Of a stretch of DNA of 64,000 nucleotides, positions 53,160-64,000 are shown piece after piece; positions within the stretch are counted from its first letter, which is position 1; each line of letters opens with the position of its first letter. A program made the translations under genes and the position numbers. The DNA comes from Mobula hypostoma (Eukaryota): NCBI RefSeq assembly GCF_963921235.1, contig NC_086097.1, forward strand, positions 194,310,001 to 194,374,000. The letters run 5' to 3'. Under the pieces are notes generated by a model. That model worked only from the letters and a program-made list of their open reading frames with translations, did not search any database and was not told where the DNA came from.

Positions 53160-53580
53160 TCTGGTCAGGTGCTAAAAGACGAGCGTCTGCTGAAACAAAT
53201 CTTCTACTCCCAGCTTAAAGAAGGCAAACGTAAAAGAGGCGGACAACAGAAGAGATTCAAAGACATCTTAAAAGCCAACATGAAGAAATGTAACATCGCC
53301 GTCAACAATTGGGAAACCAATGCCAAGGACAGGAAACTGGCAAGCCATCATCCGAGAAGGAACAGCAATTTTCGAAGCCAACAGATGTGCAGAATTAGAA
53401 GAAAATGGGAAGAGAGGCAGCAACAACCAAAGCTGGATCTGCCATCTGGAACTACCTGTCCTGAATGCGGAAGAACTTTCAATGCCAAGATTGGACTCTT
53501 AAGCCACTTGAGAGCCCATAAATAGATCAACAGAACGAAGACCATTCTCCTCGACCTCGAGGTATAGCCACGATGACGAC
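53160..53580 (+). mobile_element. RTE (BovB-like) LINE 3' end with a C2H2 finger
   Basis: RLLKQIFYSQL..GKRKRGGQ.KRFKD.LK and CPECGRTF...GLLSHLRAH. Confidence 0.8.
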
Positions 53581-53649
53581 GGCATTTCTTTGGCTTTGTA
53601 TCTGTACTTGGCACAAAGACAATAAAATTGGATCTAATCTAATCTAATC

Positions 53650-54030
53650 TGTGCCTGAACCTGGTGATCCTAAGACTCCTGTAGCACCTTCCTGATGGCA
53701 GCAGCAAAAAGAGAGCATGGGTGGAGGGGGTCCCTGATGATGGATGCTACTTTCCTGTGGCAGCATTTCATGTAGATGTGCTCAATGGTTGGGAGGGTTT
53801 TACCTGTGATGTACTGGGTCGTAACCACTACATTTTTTAGGATTTTCTGTTCAAGGGCATTGGTATTTTCATATCCGGCTGTGTTACAACTAGTCAACAT
53901 ACTCTCTACTACACATTTATAAAAGTTAGTCAAAATTTTAGATGCCATGCCAAATCTTCACAAACTCCCAAGGAAGTAGAGGCACTGTTGTGCCTTCTTC
54001 GTAATTGCACTAATGTAATTGCACAACCTT
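53650..54030 (-). mobile_element. Rex1-like fragment
   Basis: ILTNFYKCVVES.LT motif. Confidence 0.65.
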
Positions 54031-54540
54031 TCTTTGTAATCACGCAAGTGTAAAGGAGAATGAAATAATTGTTACACTGAATCCAATGCGGCATTTAAAA
54101 AACACAGTAAGATAGAGAACACAATAACAAAAAAACATAACATAGCATATATACATAGATTAATTGTATGTTCACGAGGTGATGCTACATACAGATATGC
54201 ATAAAGTGACTCAGAGTTGACAACGACATCTGGTGCAGAAAGAAAATAAGCAGTTTGATTCATTTTCTCTTGGTAGACAAATACTACTTTTGTTAAATAT
54301 TTTCTCTTTTAGTTGGCATTAGTCAATTTCAAAGTTTCTCCTTAACTAATTAGCCAAGTCAATGCTATTTCCAAGCAGCAGACATAGCACTCACCAGTTT
54401 CTTTTGGAGCTTGGTAACAAATTTAGCATAATTGAGCAGATACCAAGTCATGGTAGTCACCAACTGGTTTATGACCAGCATTGCAGTCCAGTGGGAAAAG
54501 AATTTCTATTGTATTTCTAATTCTGTAATTCTGATTAGTT

Positions 54541-56946
54541 CCAAGGGTTTAGATGGGGCAGAGTTTGTTAAGTGTGTCCAGGACGGATTCCTGTCACGGT
54601 ATGTGGACAGGCCGACTAGGGAGAATGCCATACTAGATCTAGTACTAGGTAATGAACTGGGTCAGGTCACTCACAGATCTCTCAGTGGGTGAGCATCTGG
54701 GGGACAGTGACCACCACTACCTGGCCTTTAGCATTATCATGGAAAAGGATGGAATCAGAGAGGACAGGAAAATTTTTAATTGGGGAAGGGCAAATTATGA
54801 GGCTATAAGGCTAGAACTTGCGGGTGTGAATTGGGATGATGTTTTTGCAGGGAAATGTACTATGGACATGTGGTTGATGTTTAGACATCTCTTGCAGGAT
54901 GTTAGGGATAAATTTGTCCCGGTGAGGAAGATAAAGAATGATAGGGTGAAGGAACCATGGGTGACAAGTGAGGTGGAAAATCTAGTCAGGTGGAAGAAGG
55001 CAGCATACATGAGGTTTAGGAAGCAAGGATCAGATGGCTCTATTGAGGAATATAGGGAAGCAAGAAAGGAGGTAAAGAAGGGGCTGAGAAAAGCAAGAAG
55101 GGGGCATGATAAGGCCTTGGCGAGTAGGGTAAAGGAAAACCCCAAGGCATTCTTCAATTATGTGAAGAAAAAAAGGATGACAGGAGTGAAGGTAGGACCG
55201 ATTAGAGATAAAGGTGAGAAGATGTGCCTGGAGGCTGTGGAAGTGAGCGAGGTCCTCAATGAATACTTCTCTTCAGTATTCACCAATGAGAGGGAACTTG
55301 ATGATGGTGAGGACAATATGAGTGAGGTTGATGTTCTGGAGCATGTTGATATTAAGGGAGAGGAGGTGTTGGAGTTGTTAAAATACATTAGGACTGATAA
55401 ATCCCCGGGGCCTGACGGAATATTCCCTAAGCTGCTCCACGAGGCGAGGAAAGAGATTGCTGAGACTCTGGCTAGGATCTTTATGTCCTCGTTGTCTACG
55501 GGAATGGTACCGGAGGATTGGAGGAAGGTGAATGTTGTCCTCTTGTTCAAAAAAGGTAGTAGGGATAGACTGGGTAATTATAGACCAGTGAGCCTTATTT
55601 TATGTGGTGGGAAAGCTGTTGAAAAAGATTCTCAGAGATAGGATCTATGGGCATTTAGAAAATCATGGTCTGATCAAAGACAGTCAGCATGGCTTTGTGA
55701 AGGGCAGATCGTGTCTAACAAGCCTGATAGAATTCTTTGAGGAGGTAACCAGGCATATAGATGAGGGTAGTGCAGTGGATGTGATCTATAAGGATTTGAG
55801 TAAAGCATTTGACAAGGATCCACATGGTAGGCTTATTCAGAAAGTCAGAAGGCATTGGATCCAGGGAAGTTTGGCCAGGTGGGTTCAGAATTAGCTTGCC
55901 TGCAGAAGGCAGAGGGTCATGGTGGAGGGAGTACATTCAGATTGGAGGATTGTGACTAGTGGTGTCCCACAAGGATCTGATCTGGGACCTCTACTTTTCG
56001 TGATTTTTATTAACGACCTGGACGTGGGGGTAGAAGGGTGGGTTGGCAAGTTTGCAGACGACACAAAGATTGGTGGTGTTGTAGATAGTGTAGAGGATTG
56101 TCGAAGATTGCAGAGAGGCATTGATAGGATGTAGAAGTGGGCTGAGAAGTGGCAGATGGAGTTCAACCCGGAGAAGTGTGAGGTGGTACACTTTGAAAGG
56201 ACAAACTCCAAGGCAGAGTACAAAGTAAATGGCAGGATACTTGGTAGTGTGGAGGAGCAGAGGGATCTCAGGGTACATGTCCACAGATCCCTGAAAGTTG
56301 CCTCACAGGTGGATAGGGTAGTTAAGAAAGCTTATGGGGTGTGAGCTTTCATAAATCAAGGGATAGAGTTTAAGAGTCGCGATGTAATAATGCAGCTCTA
56401 TAAAACTCTGGTTGGGCTACACTTGGAGTACTGTGTCCAGTTCTGGTCGCCTCACTATGGGAAGGATGCGGAAGCATTGGAAAGGGTACAGAGGAGATTT
56501 ACCAGGATGCTGCCTGGTTTAGAGAGTATGGATTATGATCAGAGATTAAGGGAGCTAGGGCTTTACTCTTTGGAGAGAAGGAGGATGAGAGGAGACATGA
56601 TAGAGATGTACAAGATAATTAGAGGAATAGATGGAGTGGATAGCCAGCGCCTCTTCCCCAGGGCACCACTGCTCAATACAAGAGGACATAGCTTTAAGGT
56701 AAGGGGTGGGAAGTTCAAAGGGGATATTAGAGGAAGGTTTTTTACTCAGAGAGTGGTTGGTGCGTGGAATGCACTGCCTGAGTCAGTGGTGGAGGCAGAT
56801 ACACTAGTGAAGTTTAAGAGACTACTAGACAGGTATATGGTGGAATTTAAGGTGGGGGCTTATATGGGAGGCAGGGTTTGAGGGTCGTCACAACATTGTG
56901 GGCTGAAGGGCCTGTACTGTGCTGTACTTTTCTATGTTCTATGTTC
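54541..56946 (+). mobile_element. 5'-truncated CR1 LINE (APE end, RT, 3' UTR)
   Basis: AILDLVL, SDHH, KSPGPDG, GVPQGS and KFADDTK motifs. Tail (ttctatg)n. Confidence 0.92.
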
Positions 56947-57415
56947 CAACTTCATCTAGAAACGTTGCAACTCATTAATTCGAGAACGCTGCAAATTTAT
57001 GATGTCTTTACACTCAATCCAACATGTCTGATACAATAGTAGAACTAAAATCATTAATTCATTTTTTCTCTACATTTCACATTTATTCATTATTTTCTGC
57101 TTTAAGTATCAACAAATGGAAAAATTTGGTGATACGTGATACGTGAAGACAATCATTAAAATCATTAAATGCTGTTCTCCAGATCACAGACCTTGATGTT
57201 TTGCTGGATCAAAGGAGAAATTCAGTGTTTTAACTCTATTATATGATATAAAGCAAATCCAGTCGTACTTAAATAGAAGTATTCTGTGATTTTGGATATA
57301 TGCAAACACACTTGTCAAAACAAAATTCACTTTTAACTTGAACTCACATGTTTTCAAAATTCTTACTTCAGTTAGATATATTACCGGAAGTATTCAAGTC
57401 AATCAGACTAACATA

Positions 57416-57712
57416 TGAGGGGTGATTGATAAGTTTGTGGCCCAAGGTAGAAGGAGCCAATTTTAGAAAACCTAGCACATTTATTTTTCAACATAGTCCC
57501 CTCCTACATTTACACACTTAGTCCAACGGTTGTGGAGCATACGGATCCCTTTTTTGTAGAAGTCGGTGTCTTGGACCTCCAGAACGTGGTCCAGAGCAGG
57601 GGTAATTAATAAGTTCGTGGTCTAAGGTAGAAGGAGATGACTTATACAGCTCTCGTTACATACACGTGCAGTTCAACTCTTTGAGTGATCATGCAGAAAG
57701 TTTGAAGTTAAT
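57416..57712 (+). mobile_element. Mariner-like element end or MITE
   Basis: TA|TGAGGGGTGATTGATAAGTT resembles a mariner TIR and is repeated internally at about 57597. Confidence 0.5.
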
Positions 57713-57950
57713 AGAACACTACAGCACCTTTGAACCTTTGACTTAGATTAGGAGAAATGGGCAAAGAAGTGGCAGATGGAATACAGTGTTGGAAAGTGTA
57801 TGGTCACGCACTTTGGTAGAAGGGGTAAAATCATAGAATATTCACATTAGGGAAGAAAATTCAAAAACTCAATGTGCAAAAGGACGGGAATTCTTGTGCA
57901 GAACATCCCAAGGGTTAATTTGTAGGTTGAGTTTGTGTGGCCACTGATTT

Positions 57951-58229
57951 GAGTCGCTGCCCTCGGAGGGACCGCTGGTTCGAGTCGCTGCCCTCGGAGG
58001 GGCCGCTGGTTCGAGTCGCTGCCCTCGGAGGGGCCGCTGGTTCGAGTCGCTGCCCTCGGAGGGGCCGCTGGTTCGAGTCGCTGCCCTCGGAGGGTCCGCT
58101 GGTTCGAGTCGCTGCCCTCGGAGGGGCCGCTGGTTCGAGTCGCTGCCCTCGGAGGGGCCGCTGGTTCGAGTCGCTGCCCTCGGAGGGGCCGCTGGTTCGA
58201 GTCGCTGCCCTCGGAGGGGCCGCTGGTCC
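57951..58229. repeat. Tandem minisatellite, 9 x 31 bp (GAGTCGCTGCCCTCGGAGGGGCCGCTGGTTC)
   Basis: Nine near-identical units counted directly, with no spacers. Confidence 0.97.
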
Positions 58230-58971
58230 CTATGCTCTTAAAGATGTCATTGAAATTCTAAGATTTGTGGATTGGACTGTAGTTCATATTGGCCTCTTTC
58301 AGTTCTGTTTTTTTGTGTTCTCACCCATTGTTTCTTGTTGCCCATTGGCAGGTTGGGGGTTTGAGTGATCTGTTAGTTTTTGTGCGAGGGAGGGGTTTGT
58401 GGGTATTTGGAACTTGTGAGTTTTTATTTCTTTTTCTTTTCGTGCGAGGGGGAAATTGATGTTTTTTCCTTCAACTACTTTTATGGTTTTCTGTATTCTA
58501 TGGCTATCTGGAGAAGAGACCAATTTCAGAGTTGTATTCTGCGTAGGTACTTTGATAATAAAATTAACTTTTGAACCTTTAGCACTACAGCTCAGAAACA
58601 GGCCCTTTGGCCCATCTAGTCAGTGCTGAATTATTATTCTGACTAGACCCATCAAACTGCACCAGACAATAGACCTCCATACTCCTCCCATCCATGTACC
58701 TATCCGTATTTCTCTCAAACGATTAAATGAAGCTTGCATCTATCACTTCCACTAGCAACTTGTTCCACACTCACAGCACCATCTGAATAAAGTAATAATT
58801 TTAATTATAAATTTTTTAGTTGCTTTGAATCCATTCATTAACATAGTTCTTTTCCAACAATTGGTCCCCCAGCCAGTCTTTGAGTGTGTTGGGATTGTTA
58901 TTGCAAACAATATACTTCACTGTATGTTATGAGGTATACATAATAAATAGAATTTAATCTTGATCAAGTCA

Positions 58972-61417
58972 GGTCAAGTCAAGTCACTTTTTATTGTCAT
59001 TTTGACCATAACTGCTGGTACAGTACACAGTAAACACGAGACAACGTTTTTCAGGACAATGGTGCGACATGAACAATACAAAAACTACACTGAACAACGT
59101 AAAACAACACAAAAACTACAGTAGACTACAGACCTACCCAGGACTGCATAAAGTGCACAAAATGGTGCAGGCATTACAAGAAATAATAAACAAGACAATA
59201 GGCACAGTAGAGGGCAGTAGGTTGGTGTCAGTCCAGGCTTTGGGTATTGAGGAGTCTGATGGTTTAGGGGAAGAAACTGTGACATCGTCTGGTCATGAGA
59301 GCCTGAATACTTTGGTGCCTTTTGCCAGATGGAAGGATGGAGAAGAGTTTGTATGAGGGGTGTGTGGGGTCCTTCATAATGCTGTTTGCTTTACTGATGC
59401 AGCATGCAGTGTCAATGTCTGTAATGGCAGGAAGAGAGACCCCGATGATCTTCTCAGCTGACCTCACTATCCGCTGCAGGGTCTTGCGATCCAAGATGGT
59501 GCAATTTCCGAACCAGGCAGTGATGCAGCTGCTCAGGATGCTCTCAATACAACCTCTGTAGAATGTGGTGAGGATGGGGGGTGGGGGGGGGGTTGGGAGA
59601 TTGACTATTCTCAGCCTTCGCAGAAAGTAGAGATGCTGCTGTGCTTCCTTTGCTATGGAGCTGGTGTTGAGGGACCAGGTGAGATTCTCCACCAGGTGAA
59701 CACCAAGAAATTTGGTGCTCTTAACAATCTCTACAGAGGAGTTGTCAATGTTCAGCAGAGAGAGGTCGTTCTGTGTACTCCTGAAGTCAACAACCATCTC
59801 TTTTGTTTTGTTGCCATTCGGAGGCAGGTTGTTGGCTCTGCACCAGTCCGTTAGCCGCTGCACCTCCTCTCTGTATGCTGACTCATCGTTCTTGCTGATG
59901 AGACCCACCATGGTCGTGTCATCGGCGAACCTGATGATGTGGTTCGAGTTGTGTGTTGCAGCACAGTCGTGGGTCAGCAGAGTGAACAGCAGTGGACTGA
60001 GCACACAGCCCTGGGGGGCCCCGGTGCTCAGTGTGATGGTGTTGGAGATGCTGCTTCCAATCCAGACTGACTGGGGTCTCCCAGTCAGGAAGTGTAGGAT
60101 TCAGTTGCAGAGGGAGGTGTTCAGGCCAGTAGGCTCAGCTTTCCAATCAGCTTCTGAGGAATGATTGTGTTGAATGCTGAACTGAAGTCTATGAACAGCA
60201 TTCGAACATACCTGTCTCTTTTGGCCAGGTGGAGGGTGATGGCAATGGCATCATCTGTTGAATGGTTGGGACGGTACGTGAACTGTAGGGGTCCAGTGAG
60301 GGGGGCAGCAGGGTCTTGATGTGCCTCATGATGAGTCTCTTGAAACACTTCATGATGATGGATGTGAGTGCGACAGGACAGTAGTCGTTGAGGCAGAACA
60401 CTGAAGACTTCTTCAGCACGGGGACGATGGTGGCGGCCTTGAAGCATGTAGGAACGACGGTGCTGCTCAGGGAGATGTTGAAGATGTCAGTGAGAATCTC
60501 AGGGGCTGGTCCTCTAAGCACTCTGCCAGGAATATTGTCTGGTCCAGCAGCCTTCCGTGGGTTGACCCTGCACAGGGTTCTCATCACATCGGCCACTGTA
60601 AGACACAGCTCCTGGTCGTTTAGAGGAGGGGTGCTCTTCCTCGCCGCCACGTCATTTTCCGCCTCAAAACGAGCGTAGAAGTTATTCAACACATCTGGGA
60701 GGGAGGCATCACCAGTACAGGCAGGTGGTGATGTCCTGAATGCCTGTCCACATGCTCCGCGTGTCGCCGCTGTCCTGGAAGTGGCTGTGGATTCGCTGGG
60801 CGTGTGCACGCTTTGCCTCTTTGATGGCCCGGGACAGTTTGGCCCTCGCTGTTGTTAGGGCTGCCTCGTTGCCTGCTCTGAAGGCGGAGTCACGGGTCCT
60901 CAGCAGCGCACGCACATCCGCGGTCATCCATGGCTTCTGGTCAACGCGTGTAGTGATGGTCTTGGTCACAGTGACGTCATCAATGCACTTGCTGATGTAG
61001 CTAGTCACTGATGCCATGTGCTCCTCTAAGTTGGTAGGGTCGCCATCGGTTGCAGCCTCCCTGAACACGTGCCAGTCAGTGTGCTCAAAGCAGTCCTGAA
61101 GAGCAGAGATGGCTCCTGCTGGCCAGGTTTTCACCTGCTTCTGAACTGGTCTGGAGCTCCTGACAAGCGGTCTGTATGCTGGGATTAGCATAACAGAGAT
61201 GTGGTTTGAGTAGCCAAGGTGGGGGCAGGGCTCCATCGTACGCACCGGGAATGTTTGTGTAAACAAGGTCCAATGCGTTCTCCCCTCTCATTGCAAAGTC
61301 CACGTTCTGATGGAATCTGGGGAGCACTGACTTAAGGTTCGCGTGGTTAAAATCTCCTGCGACAATAAACAATCCATCAGGGTGTGCGTTCTGCAGTTCG
61401 CTAATAGCCCCATACAT
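58972..61417 (-). mobile_element. Rex1/Babar-like LINE (APE end and RT, frameshifted)
   Basis: [28 protein letters not shown] and FADDTT motifs. Tail aataaaaag(tgact)n. Confidence 0.9.
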
Positions 61418-63469
61418 CTTGAAAGAGAAGGAGGTTCATATATTATAGATTAGATCTGAGGGTATATTTGTGTTGAACACTGAGCTGTAATCAATAAACA
61501 ACAACCTGACATAGGTATTGTTATTGTCCAAAGTGATCCAAGGCTGGTGCCAAAATATTGCTCACATGCTTTGTAGAACAACATAGAACACAACAAGCAA
61601 CAAAACAACAACAAGACAGTCCATATTCTTTGGCCTTTGACCTCCTGCAGACTCAAGTTTGGACATGGACTTGCAGACATTGGGCCTTGTGGACCCACAG
61701 ATATTCACATCCCAGGGCTCTGGACAATGGGCCTGGACTTCTGAATTTCCAATTCAAGCCTCAGCATTGGCCACAGGACCTGCCAATCACAAAAAAACAG
61801 GCATCGAACTCTGGACTTGCTAATGATAGAACCCTAAACACAATATCTCGAACTAAGGTCTCACCAATTCACAAGTCCTGGGGGTTATTGGACAGAATGC
61901 CAACTCTGTAACCTGCCAATGACCTGCTGACCCTGGCGGAGCTACCAGCCTTCATCCATGCTGGTCCATCAGCCGGACCCAGTATACAGATGTCCCATGT
62001 CCATGTTGCCACCCTTCAAACGTGGAGCAGAGACTTATGACTCTGGCTTGTCCTCTAATTCCCCTACATCTCTGTCCCCAAAACCCCTCTCTGTCCCCCC
62101 CAAAATCCCCCAAAACCCAAAAAGAACTAAAATTTCTTTACTAGGGCCTCAATATCCCTCCATTATCAAGGTTCTCTGAACTTGGTAGACTTATCTTTTA
62201 TTTCAACTGGAACATACAGATTGTAATCTCTCAATATTTCATTTTTGAATGCCTCTAACAGGCCAAGCATCTCTTCAATGGAAAATAAAGTATCCCAACC
62301 CACGCCTGTCAGATCCCTTCTGATGCCATCAAAGTTGGACTTCCTCCAATTTAGAATCTCAACCAGAGAACCTGTCCTATCCTTTTCTATAATTATTTTG
62401 AAACTAATAGAACTGTGATCACTAGATCTGAAGTGTTCCCCAACATAGATTATTCTACCTGCCTTCTCTCAATCTCTGAGTAGATCCAGTATTGCGCTCT
62501 CTCTAGTTGGAACCACTAGTTTGGAAGAGGGCGGAGCTTAGTCATGATGGCGCTAAATGGAGACTCCCTTGCTTGCACCTTTGGGAACAGTTCTATTTCC
62601 ATCTTTAATATATCTATTTTTCCCTTTCAGGGTTCTTTTGACCCTGACCTGGAGTTACACGCTGACTTCGGTTCTTTGTGGGAATGGGACCCGCTTTTGG
62701 GGTTTCTTGACTGGCCGTTATTTGACACTCCAAGGACGCGGCCTAAGAGCTTAGCTCGCCTTCAGAAGTCCGAGATCTCATGGCTGTTGAGACGGGCAGA
62801 TCAAAGGTCAGTGTCCCGGCAGGAAATTGGTGTGTCATGGGAGGCAGAAGATCTTTGGCTGTGTGCCCAGAGACCTGAGATCTTTTAACACCATAAACCA
62901 GCAAGTTGTTTGTTATGTCTCCCCTCTCGCTGTGAAATGGAGACATCTCTTTCTCCCATATTAAGTATACCAGATCGAATACCGGTTCAATGAGTAGTCT
63001 TTGGGTTACTGCAAGTCCGTGTCTTTGCTGTTGCTTTGCTCATGCCTGAGTGCTCAGTGGTGGGTGCCGATGCTTTTTTTTTGCTGGTGGGAGGAAGGGG
63101 AATCGTTGCTTGCTGCGGCTTATGCGTGGGAAGGAGTGGAGCTGGGGCGGGGACTTTGGGGTTCTAACATTTAACTGTCATTCATTCTTTGGGGGCACTC
63201 TTCTGTTTTCGTGGATGGTTGCGAAGAAAAAGTATTTCAGGATTTATATTGTATACGTTTCTCTGACATTAAATTGACCTTTCAAAACTGTACATATTGA
63301 ATAAATAAACTTCCCTGAATGCATTTAACAAGCTCTATCGCACTCAGTCTTTTTACAGCATGGGAGTCATAGTCATTTGTGAAATGTTAAAATAACCTGG
63401 AATCACAACCTTGTATCTCTTGCAACTTCTATTTCTCTACAAATTTGCTTCTCTGAATCTTGCTGACTA

Positions 63470-64000
63470 TTTGTGTGCAGTTTTGGTCTCCAAATTTGAG
63501 GAAGGACATTCTTGCTATTGAGGGAGTGCAGCATAAGTTCACAAGGTTAATTCCTGGGATGGCGGGACTGTCATATGTTGAAAGATTGGAGCGACTGGAC
63601 TTGTATACTCTGGAATTTAGAAGGATGAGAGGGGATCTGATTGAAACATATAAGATTATTAAGGGATTGGACATGCTGGAGGCAGGAAGCACGTTCCCAC
63701 TGATGGGTGAGTCCAGAACCAGAGGCCACAGTTTAAGAATAAGGAGTAGGCTATTTAGGACGGAGTTGAGGAAAAACTCTTTCACCCAGAGAGTGGTGGA
63801 TATGTGGAACGCTCTGCCCCAGAAGGCAGTGGAGGCCAAGTCTCTGGATGCTTTCAAGAAAGAGATGGCTAGAGCTCTTAAAGATAGCGGAATCAAAGGT
63901 TATGGGGATAAGGCAGGAACTGGATACTGATTGTGGATGATCAGCTATGATCACAGTGAATGGCGGTGCTGGCTCGAAGGGCCGAATGGCCTACTCCTGC
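63470..64000 (+). mobile_element. CR1 3' fragment, same subfamily as 5290-8800
   Basis: Nearly identical to about 8260-8790. Confidence 0.9.

Noticed and set aside
57951..58229. CRISPR-like array and 143-aa repetitive ORF
   Set aside because: Units abut with no unique spacers, the context is eukaryotic and there are no cas genes. The ORF is just the repeat read through three frames.
52660..64000. Neighbouring host gene upstream of SMCHD1
   Set aside because: All recognisable ORFs there are CR1, RTE or Rex1-like, and no host exon could be supported.

Overview
Eukaryotic genomic DNA from a vertebrate, most likely a cartilaginous fish such as a ray (inferred from the repeat families). The only host gene is the 5' part of SMCHD1 on the minus strand. 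It has a CpG-island promoter at about 52.0-52.65 kb and coding exons 1-12 (52551 down to 11794; 1689 nt, 563 aa, covering the GHKL ATPase module). All splice phases are compatible, and intron 9 has a GC donor. The rest of the window is mostly nested, decayed transposable elements: CR1 LINEs, Rex1/Babar-like LINEs, RTE, Penelope-like elements (PLEs), Tc1/mariner, hAT, a Helitron and SINEs. Three observations stand out. (1) A 605-bp mosaic insertion inside a Tc1 in intron 4 carries a 178-bp circularly permuted piece of the first coding exon of another gene (CYHR1/ZFTRAF1), which points to integration via a circular intermediate. (2) About 12 copies of a minimal, dimer-type hammerhead ribozyme occur in PLE terminal repeats and short PLE-derived elements, two with intact catalytic cores. 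(3) A 9x31-bp CpG-rich tandem array upstream of SMCHD1 forms a Pol III B-box at each unit junction. Gene identities and human residue numbers come from recalled protein sequences and need database confirmation. TE boundaries are approximate unless TIRs or TSDs are quoted.
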